Source: Octopus vulgaris (lineage: Eukaryota). From it: a stretch of DNA of 64,000 nucleotides. The notes under the pieces were generated by a model. It was not told the DNA's origin, made no database searches, and saw only the letters and a list, made by a program, of their open reading frames with translations. The stretch's first letter is position 1, and every line of letters starts with the position of its first letter. The translations under genes and the position numbers were made by a program. Positions 54,530-64,000 of the stretch are shown here, one piece after another. The stretch lies in contig OX597837.1 in the NCBI GenBank assembly GCA_951406725.2, positions 18,724,001 to 18,788,000 on the forward strand, in the 5' to 3' direction.

Positions 54530-55295
54530 TTTATTAGCCACAAGGGCTTACATAAAACAACATAAAATTACGAAACACAACATAAAAGACAACACAACAC
54601 GAGACAAAGGGTTTTACTGCCGTCTAAACATTTGAAAACAATAAAAAAATTTAAACAACATGAATCTCCCAATAGGAGAGGCGCTTTGAAGGTCCTCGTA
54701 GAAAAACCCACAAAAGCCTCAGGTGCCCGATCAACAGGGCAAGAGCCCTTCTTTAATTTTTCACAGGTGTATGCTCAGAATTGGTCCTTTCACACTGGCT
54801 ATTCTTCCAACATTCACCCGCCTTTCAACAAACTTTCTAGAAGGCAACACTCCCCTCTTCACCCTCAACTTCCTTTTCGAGTGAAACTTGAAAAAGTTGA
54901 TGAGGGCTTGGCTAAAGAGAAAAGTGTCTAACTTTAGCCCTTTCAGACGAGTCCACATACTACCCCTTTCGCTACAGCCACCAGACAAATAAAAACTGCC
55001 TGCACCTCCCGGCCAAAAGAGAGCGTCGAGGCAATTTTCACTATGGATTCAGTTGGTAACCGCATCCGTCCCACACGCGACAGTAGGTGTTCAACATTAA
55101 CCCACAGATCAGCATTACTCGGGCACTAGACGAGAGCGTGCAGAACGGTTTCATCGTTCTGCCCATTTCTCGGGCAAGCCCGGCTGACGGTACTTCCGTG
55201 CCTGCAAAGTTTATCCAGGACAGGCAGCGCCCCTCGGTAGCACTGCCAGGCAAGGGATTTCTGAAATTTATCCATAGGCCCAGGCAGTTACGGTG
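54530..55295 (-). mobile_element. Tx1/L1-like LINE 3' fragment
   Basis: Minus-strand zinc-knuckle relic PRNGQNDETVLHALV*CP followed by WTRLKGLKLDTFLFSQALINFFKFHSKRKLRV. Confidence 0.65.
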
Positions 55296-55339
55296 AATCA
55301 CGATTAAAGGAAATAGCAAATGAAATAGCTGAGATTAGC

Positions 55340-56290
55340 AAAGATAGTCAAACCTTCATGCATAATTTTAACAAACTCAATACCCATATATGACAGAATT
55401 CCTTTAGTGATTAACTGGCACCGACATTTTGCTGGAATTTCAAAAGTGTTGCGTGAAAGTTACCAGCATGTTGCGGAAAAACATCCTCCCTTCAAACAGA
55501 TATTTCCTCAGCCGCCTATTGTAGCCTTTAGACAGAATAAGAATATAAGGGAATTATTGACCACTGTTTCCGATTCCAAGAAAACTAGCATTGGGGTATC
55601 TGCACAGCTGCAAGATAGGTAAGCCCTGTTCATTGTGCAACAATATGAGTCAAGTGAATTCCACCAGGAATCATAACAGAGGTGGGACATGTAGAGATTA
55701 CCATTTGGTGTACGCGGCAGAATGCACGAAGCACAACTTGATTTATGCTGGTTGTACAGAAATTAAACAAAGGGTTTAATAGACACAAATATGACGTCAG
55801 GTAGTTCGACAGAACTTGCCGAACATTTTGCTTCAAACGGCTGTAATTTTGAAAACGACTTGAAAACGCATATTCTCAGAAAATATTCTGAATCTACTTC
55901 ACTTTCAATACTCAAAATGCATGAGGAGAAATATGTTTGCGGGTTATTAACATCACGCCCAGGAAGAATGAATAAAATAACAGGAGAATTTCATCAAATT
56001 TACACAAAACTGTTTAATTAAATATTCTTCTTTTTCCTTTTCTTTCTTCTTTCCTCTTTTTTCTCTTTTTTCTGTCTTTTTTGTCTTTTTCTTTTCGCCA
56101 GTTATAAAATTGAAACGTAAAGACTGATTATGTCATTCCATCAACGTGTGAACGCTAGTTGCTCTCGTTCATACTTTAGATTTGAATATCTTTAATTTTA
56201 AATTTTTATCACTTTTTATTTCGAATTCGACAAAGATAGGCTTGCTGTCGAAATATCGTTCAACAAATGAAATATCTATATAAATAAAAC
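55340..56290 (+). mobile_element. Penelope-like linker plus GIY-YIG fragment with 3' tail
   Basis: Frameshifted ORFs PPFKQIFPQPPIVAFRQNKNIRELL, CKIGKPCSLC..GGTCRDYHLVYAAECTKHNLIYAGCT, STELAEHF. Confidence 0.82.
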
Positions 56291-57794
56291 AACATTGAGT
56301 CGGGTAGAAGGAAGAAGACGTCAGGGAAACACACGGTCTGCATGGCGTCAGACATTTTCAGGGAGTCTTGAAATTTATGAATAGACATTAAGGAATAAAA
56401 GATCTATTAAACTTGCAACCGAACGAGAAGGAGGGAGCAAAGCTGCTACCCCTGATGGGCAAATATACATAGGATGGGAGAACACTGAAGTAGAACTGCC
56501 GTGCGATGTGCAGACATACATGGGATAAGATAACTAATCTTTCTGCCATTGTAAAGGAGGCGCAGGATAACAGAAACCAAGTGTGAGGTTGAAGCACGCC
56601 TTGTATGAATAAAGTAGATGAGATAAGAAATAATTCGTAAGGTGAGACAAGGGAACGTAAAAGAAGAAGCGAGTTGTCAATTTAGTTTCTGGCCATACAT
56701 TTCTCTGTTCGGTGTTTTCTTTTTCATTGAGTTTTTCTCACTTGATTACACCCGTTCTCCACTCCACATCATATTGCCCATCACTCGTTGACGACTTGTA
56801 CACCACTGTTTACATGTCAGCTGTATCACTCAGCAAATGTGTTAAACAATAAATAAATATATATGAGAGCAGTTTTAACATAGAGATTTCACACGCGCAC
56901 GCACGCACGCACACACACACACACACACACACGCACGCACACATACACACACACAGACACGCACAGACACACACTCACGCAAATATTAAACTACATCCAA
57001 GCCCACGCCTCAGCACAGACACACAGCCTCACAGGCATACACTTCCGAAACTATGGTAATATCAAATTCCCTGTTTATTAATCAATCTTTCACTCTGTCT
57101 ATTTGTTTCTCACTGTGTTTTGTGTATGTGTGTGTATGTATATGTGTGTGGAAGTGTTTGTGTATATACACACACACACACACACACACACATGGACATG
57201 CATATGTGTATATAGAGGCGCATATTCATGCTCATACACGCATATATATAGCTCTTTGTGTGTGTGTCCGAGTGTGTGCGTCCGAGTGTGTGTGTCCGAG
57301 TGTGTGAATCTGAGTGTCTGTGTGTGTCTATGTGTGTGTATGTATGCGTGTATGTGTGAGTGTGTGTATCAGTGTGTATGGAATTGAATGGTGGAAGGGA
57401 ATGAAAAAGAAGCACATAAATGCGTACGTAGAAAATACACTCATTATCATGCTCACTCGCACACACACCCATACATACCCATACATACACACATACATGC
57501 ATACATACACACATACATACATACATACCCATACATACATACATACATACGTACATACATACATATTTTATCTTTTATTTGCTTCAATCATTGGACTGCG
57601 GCAATACTGGAGCACAACCCTCAAGGGCTTAGTCGAACAAATCGACCCCATTATTTTTTTAAGCCTGGCACGTATTCCAACGGTCTCTGCTCCCGAACCA
57701 CAAAGTTACAAGGACATAAACAGACCAACACTGGTGTTAAACGGTAAGGGAGAACAAGCACAAACACAAAGACACACATACACACTCACACATG

Positions 57795-57875
57795 CACACA
57801 GAACGACACACATAGAACACACAGAACGACACACATAGAACACACAGAACGACACACATAGAACACACAGAACGA
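57795..57875. repeat. 23-bp minisatellite, about 3.5 copies
   Basis: (cacacagaacgacacacatagaa)n. Confidence 0.85.
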
Positions 57876-58742
57876 TACACAAACACAGCTCCACGTGCAC
57901 ACAAACACACAAACACAGACACATACATACATGCGCACGCTCCACGCACGCACGCACACACACACGTACACACACTTGTATGTATGTAAACTGTGACTAA
58001 ATAACCACAGGTTCGCTTTTCGGTTCCAAGAGGGGTGCAACGCTACGTCTTCAGTCAACAATATTTGACGTTTAAAAGAAGAGTGAATGCCATACAGGAT
58101 GAAATGGAAGATCTTGGAACAGCCTGGACCATACACCAACGGGAGCAAACGATGCAAAGTTTGCTCGGCCGAGAGGGCAAAGATCCTAAAAAATTCGTTT
58201 CATCTGGGAGGGATGTTTTCTAAAATCCCAAAGTAAGATATTTAGTCGGTGCCCTCATGAGAGAAAATTTATGTTGGAGACATAGACTTCCTTGCTTCCT
58301 CACTAATGAACGGAAATCGTACATAACTGGAACCGCGCTAAGGGAGATAACTTCACCTCGCTTCGAAGAATTTCATTTCGCTTTTTTTTTTCACAAACTT
58401 GCTTACCAAAGCTGAATTTTTACCTCCACTACTAGATGGGTTATGTGCCTCTGGTCATCAAGTCCGGTGAGTTGCCAATATTGCTAAGACTAATAATAGA
58501 CCTGAAACCATTGGTAACTTTCCTAGCGAGCACATAATATATATGTGTGTGTATGGGCATGCGTATATATATTCATATATGCATAAACATGCACATATGT
58601 TTATATATATTTATATATTTGTATGTATATACATATATATTATATTATATTATATTATATTATACTATATTAGAGGAAAATCAAAACCAAGGCAGAACGA
58701 GTATCTCGAGTCATTCAGAATAATTTAATTAGGGTAGAGTGA

Positions 58743-58820
58743 AGTCTTACAGCCGTTTCTGGGAGAACGTAAGTGGTAGGTTAGTATGTCCACGCACTGG
58801 GAATTCCGTCATCAGAGACC
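58743..58820 (-). ncRNA. Type I hammerhead ribozyme motif with weak stem II
   Basis: Minus strand: GGUCU-CUGAUGA-CGGAA..UCCCA-GAAAC-GGCU-GUA-AGACU. 5-bp stem I and intact core; the base of stem II is imperfect. Confidence 0.65.
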
Positions 58821-58919
58821 AGGTATGAATATTTTAGACAGGGAAAATTTACAGTTTGCAAAGAATAAAATTCACAGTTTATAAGGAATAAACTAGAAGA
58901 ATAAAGGAGTAAATAGAGG

Positions 58920-59248
58920 ACTTGTTCTTTGTAAACCTAGTACTTATTCTATCGGTCTCTTTTGCCGAACCGCTAAGTTACGGGGACGTAAACACACCAG
59001 CATCGGTTGTCAAGCGATGTTGGGGGGACATACACAGACACACAAACATATACACGCATACATATATATATATATACATATACATATATACGACAGGCTT
59101 CTTTCAGTTTCCGCCTACCAAATCCACTCACAAAGCTTTGGTCGGCCTGAGGCTATAGTGGTAGACACTTGCCCAAGGTTCCACGCAGTATGACTGAACC
59201 CGGAACCATGTGGTTCGTTAGCAAGCTACTTACCACACAGCCACTCCT
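58920..59248 (-). mobile_element. Family A SINE, tail truncated
   Basis: Matches 45750-46075. Confidence 0.85.
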
Positions 59249-59375
59249 ACATATATACATATATATAGTTGGAATTTATGCATGCACTTATAAAAATACA
59301 TGTATATTTACATACATGTACATATACAGAGGCATACAAATAAGATATATCTCTCGAGTTATCCTCAATTTGATA

Positions 59376-59432
<57 letters not shown>

Positions 59433-60108
59433 CGCTAAGCTTCATTTTTTTTCAACTCCTGTTCCAGGATGGTGTTTGACGAATCCACTTTGGTGATTTA
59501 TCAAAGATATTAATAAAATGTGACTCCAGGATTTTGTTAATCGGAATATGTTGACGCACTCTGCTGTGCCATATATCTGCCAAAGAGAAATATTTAGACT
59601 TTAAAAGAATTTACAACCTACAGGTCTAAAATGGGTTTCACAATGGAATGTTACAAAAGAATGCTGCTCCCACAATGACATTTTGGACCGCATCCAGAAA
59701 AAGATCTACTCGCTTGATTGTTACTCCATTACACTGCAGCCTTTGGTGCACAGATGTGTTATCTCCTCACAGTCTTTTCTATCGCTGTTATATAACAGCT
59801 TCTGTTCTTCAGAGCTAGCTGGATCGTATGTCCTCTGCTCAGACAAGCTATTCTCACTCGTATTTCCACTTATCATTTGTGTTGCGTCCAGTTCCACTTT
59901 CTCTGCACCAACCCTTGTGCCCAATCCTTCATCTCCAGAATATCGGCTCTCTGGAATTTCCTCCCTCTTCATGGTTTTCCTATATGGAAGTTCTACTTTC
60001 TAAAGGTTTATCCCAAATTTTGGCTCAAGGCCAGGATTTCGTAGTAATCAACTGGTACTTATTTTTTATCGACTCCGAAATACATACTCACACACGCAAC
60101 GCACACAC

Positions 60109-60159
<51 letters not shown>

Positions 60160-60379
60160 TGCATATATACACACACACGCATATATACACACATACACGC
60201 GCGCGCGTGTGTATATATATATCATGGTTTCTCCCGTCAGTTTTGATATATGAAAGTCCGACAACCTACACTTTCTTTGCAAGACATAATTTTTATATCG
60301 AATGTGACATTTGAGCGCCACCAATGATTTCTAAGGAAGCCCGCAGATACTGTAAGTATGAGGATTGCGAGTCTGTGCA

Positions 60380-60655
60380 GGCGGTATACTTGCAGCCCTC
60401 CTCTCCTTTGCCTTGCTCCTCAAAGTCTGTTAATAGTCGTTGAAACAAAGTCTCTTTTACTAATTTGACACGACGATTTCCATTTTGTTCGCTCCAAGGC
60501 TGTTTGTTCAAAGGTATTGTGAGTTATATTGACTGCTGAGAGGTTACTCTTTAATTTGCCCTTATATCTCAGCCGTAGCCGACCAACATTCCTCTGCTCA
60601 CTATCAAGCTGTTTGAACATGAGGACGTTGGGTGTTCTTTCAAAACTCATCCATA
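60380..60655 (-). mobile_element. RTE-clade LINE 3' fragment
   Basis: MSFERTPNVLMFKQLDSEQRNVGRLRLRYKGKLKSNL..ALERTKW resembles the RTE C-terminal R.PK..LYGEL..G.R..GRP..RYKD motif. Older RTE-like ends are likely at about 8060-8360, 56290-56600 and 59590-60000. Confidence 0.7.
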
Positions 60656-60657
60656 TG

Positions 60658-60870
60658 AAAGCGGCGAGCTATTGGAATCGTTACCATACTGGGAAAAATG
60701 CTTAGCGGCATTTCGTCTCTCTTTATGTTCTGAGTTCAAATTCCGCCGCGGTCGACTTTGCTTTTCACCCTTTCGAGGTTGATGAATTAAATACTAGTTG
60801 AGCGCTGTGGTTGATGTTGTCTACTTACCACAAAATTGCTGGCCTTGTACCAAAACTTGAAACCATTATA
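60658..60870 (+). mobile_element. SINE family B
   Basis: aaagcggcgagcta..gttctgagttcaaattccgccgcggtcgactttgc. Confidence 0.78.
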
Positions 60871-61489
60871 AATAGATAGATATGTATATAGACACACATA
60901 CATGCATACATACATACGTACATATATTCATATATGTGAGTGTATGCGTGTGTGTATATGAACATTTATTTATATATCGGTATCTATCTATGGCTCCGGC
61001 AAGTTAAAAGAATGCCAAAGGTACGCCGTGTCATGACAGCGATACTGTGATTCGATCTACTCACGATGTGAGACCGATACATACGTATTTACATACACAC
61101 ACAAACGTGTGTGTGTGTGTGTGTAATGTATAAACACACACACGCACGCACTATGACACACGTATATAATGTAAGAATGTGTGGTTAAGGTGCCTGTGTT
61201 ACAATATTTAGAAATTAGATAAGAGGATTTCAATTTTGTTGCGTTTCTCTCTCCATCCACTCCTGTCAGACGGTTCGTGTCTTTTCAACACACTCGCGCC
61301 AACTGACATTAAACGATTCACAAACTGTTGGTCGTTGTCGCATATCTTCACGTTATTTACGTAGCAAATTCTTGCATTCTCTCTCCTCTCTCTCTTTCCC
61401 CTCCTCTTTTTCCCTTCCCTCATTCCCTCCCTCCCTCCCTTATTCCCTTCCACCACCCTCTCTCTATCTCTCTCTCTCTCTCTCTCTAT

Positions 61490-61840
61490 AAACTTGCTTA
61501 CCAACCACATGGTTCCGAGTTCAGTCTCATTGCGTGGCACCTTGGGCAAGTGTCTTCTACTATAGCCTCGGGCTGACCAAATTCTTGTGAGTGGATTTGG
61601 TAGACAGAAACTGAAAGAAGGTCGTCGTATATGTGTGTGTGTGTGTCTGTTTTTGACACCCCAACATCGCTTGACAACCGATGGTGGTGTGTTTACGTCC
61701 CCATAACTTTGCAGTTTGGTAAAAGAACCGATAGAATAAGTACTAGGCTTACAAAGAATAAGTCCTTGGGTCGATTTGCTCGACTGGTGCTTCAGCATAA
61801 CCACAGTCAAATGACTGAAATAAGTAAAAAGAATAAAAAT
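61490..61840 (+). mobile_element. Family A SINE
   Basis: cttgcttaccaaccacatggttccg..caaatgactgaaataagtaaaa. Confidence 0.82.
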
Positions 61841-62197
61841 ATAAATATGTGTGTGTGTGTGTGTTAGCGTGTGTGTGTGTGTATATATATATATAAGCAA
61901 AAAATATTCGAATGTTTACATTCAAAATAAGATGTTACTATTGTTAATACCATCTATGGCAAATAAAATATTTTTAATTGATAATATTAACAGCAGTAGC
62001 ATAGGCGGTTCACAAGTTTAACAACAGTGTAAGCTATAAATTATAAAATTAGCACGAAGCCTCAAGGATGCAGTGAACATCAATCTATTTAGAAATAAGG
62101 GCTTCAGTCTCAATGCAACCGCAAGAAGGGATCAGAATAATAGAAAATAACAGTATGCGAGGAAACGGACAAAGAATTAAAAAGCATACCTATACCT

Positions 62198-62274
<77 letters not shown>

Positions 62275-62277
<3 letters not shown>

Positions 62278-62640
62278 GAAAAATACAAACTGGGAGAAGA
62301 ACGTAAAACATTTAGAAGACGATACAAAAAACACGGACGGGACATTCGAAGCCTTCAATCTTCAGTCAAGAACCGGATCATCGTAGCAATTTCGGCTGAT
62401 TAATCTTGAGATCGCTCCGATCCGGCCAGCCCCAAGGAAGAACTAAGCTACGAGTATTAGATTTCTTGGAAGAAGGATCGAATGTATACGAAACAGGGAC
62501 AGAAAAACGGACGATGCCACACGAATATAAAATCCAAAATGGTAAAAACAGGACAAAAACAGCGGGTGTCTTACGACTAATAAACAGTACAAGTTTAGCT
62601 GGCGTATTTGGAAATAATGCCTTTATCGGCAGACGAAGAC
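62275..62640 (-). repeat. Interspersed repeat also at about 9745-9930 (-) and 10315-10440 (+); probable Penelope-type tail
   Basis: Shared aatcagccgaaattgc..gatgatccgg.tcttgactgaagattgaaggcttcgaatgtcc..gtgttttttgtatcgtcttctaaatgtttt; every copy abuts a (TA)n or (CA)n tract. Confidence 0.7.
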
Positions 62641-62769
62641 AACGATGTTCTCACGGCAGTGGTCGGAGGCCAAAAGGCTGATTTTGACCAGCGGTCACGT
62701 GATGAAGAGAGAGAAAAGAAAGGGGGGCAAAGGAAACAAAGAGAGAGAGAAAAAGGGACGAAGGCAACA

Positions 62770-64000
62770 AAGGGGGGAGAAGAGAGAGAAAGAAGGAATT
62801 AAAGAGGGGAGAAGAAAGAGTGCGTGCCAGGGATTCGAAGCAGGGATGGTAAAGAACTTCTTCGTGATTCACAAGGAATTCTGCGAAGGTGGCAAGAACA
62901 GTTTGATGAACTTTTGAATCAGCAGTCTAGTTAGTGAGGATGTTCAATCTCATCCCTGGATTGCCTGTGAAGGCAGCACTCGCGGAACCACCAAAGTTGG
63001 AAGAAGTTGCAATGGTTGTCTCAAGGTTGAATAATGGGAAGTCTCTGGGCATGGATGGCATACATGCGGAGTTGTTACAGCATGGTGGTGAGAAACTTCT
63101 GCAGAAACTTCACTCTTTCTTTGGTAAGATATGGGCTAGTGAATCTGTACCTGAGGACTGGAGAGATACAGTAATGGTGGTCTTGTATAAGGGAAAGGGC
63201 AACAGGAATGATTGTGGTAACTATAGGTGAGTATCATTGCTGTCTGCTGTAGGAAAGGTTTTATGCAGGATACTTCTGGATCGTCTGCTGAAACACGTTG
63301 CAGATTGTGTTCTTCCAGAAAGTCAATCTGGCTTTCGTGTGGGACGTGGCACTGCTGATATGATCTTTTCAGCTAGACAGCTTCAGGAGAAGCGTGTGGA
63401 ACAGGGTCTGGATTTGTATCAGGCTTTTGTCGATGTGACAAAAGCCTTTGATACAGTTAATAGGAAAGCATTGTGGAAAGTCCTCTAGAAACTTGGGTGT
63501 TCTGAAAAGTTCCTTGCTTTGGTTAGGTCTTTTCATGAAGACATGAAGGGTAGGGTTAATGTTAGAGGGAAAATGTCGGAGCCCATTTCAATACAAAATG
63601 GAGTGAAACAGGGGGATATTCTGGCACCGACCCTATTTGCCATATATTTTGCGATGGATTTCTGTATTGCTTTCAGAAACTGCAGATATGGTGTTTACAT
63701 CCATTATCGAACCTCTGGCAGCATATTTATTATCAGGCGCTTTGCTGCAAAAACAATGGTATTTACCTCTATCATAAGATACCTTTTGTATGCAGATGAT
63801 TGTGATCTAGTAGCGCAATACATTTTGAATGCATTCTCTGATGCTTGCACTGCCTTAGGATTGACAGTCAATCTCAAGAAAATAATTGTCATGTACCAAC
63901 CCGCCCCTGGTAAGCAGTATAGTATACCAAATATTTATGTGTATGGTAAACGACTTGATGTAGTTGATCAGTTTGTCTACCTGGGAAGCACTGTTAATAG
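62770..64000 (+). mobile_element. RTE-clade LINE reverse transcriptase pseudogene, running off the window end
   Basis: NGKSLGMDGIHAELL..VVLYKGKGNRNDCGNYR*VSLLSAVGKV..LPESQSGFRVGRGTADMIF..FVDVTKAFDTV..GVKQGDILAPTLF..LLYADDC; in-frame stops. Confidence 0.93.

Noticed and set aside
56120-56265. Hammerhead in the tail of the + strand Penelope relic
   Set aside because: Only degenerate traces (ctgattatg.., gatag..ctgtcgaaa); a complete core cannot be assembled.

Overview
Eukaryotic, AT-rich, microsatellite-dense genomic DNA. The SINE families, Penelope remnants and (CA)n/(TA)n/(TACA)n density look like an octopus (cephalopod) genome; this is inferred from repeat content, not from a search. The only host protein-coding gene I can support is a three-coding-exon DM-domain transcription factor on the + strand, of the Dmrt2/Dmrt11E class (38388-39004, 43527-43663, 46884-48253; about 707 aa after splicing). 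It carries a DMA/CUE-like domain, a polyQ tract and a C-terminal eh1 motif, and intron 1 holds a decayed partial duplicate of the DM exon. The rest is transposon debris: Tc1 and mariner relics and MITEs, three SINE families, Helitron ends, RTE, Dong/R4 and Tx1-like LINE fragments, and several Penelope-like (GIY-YIG) relics. The most unexpected layer is a set of minimal type I hammerhead ribozyme motifs of the Penelope kind: five near-complete ones, all on the minus strand, one with a U3-A8 compensated core, plus broken copies. In one Penelope element the inverted terminal repeat begins at the predicted ribozyme cleavage site. Most ORFs in the supplied track are microsatellite artefacts. All coordinates and pairings were read by eye; repeat boundaries are approximate.
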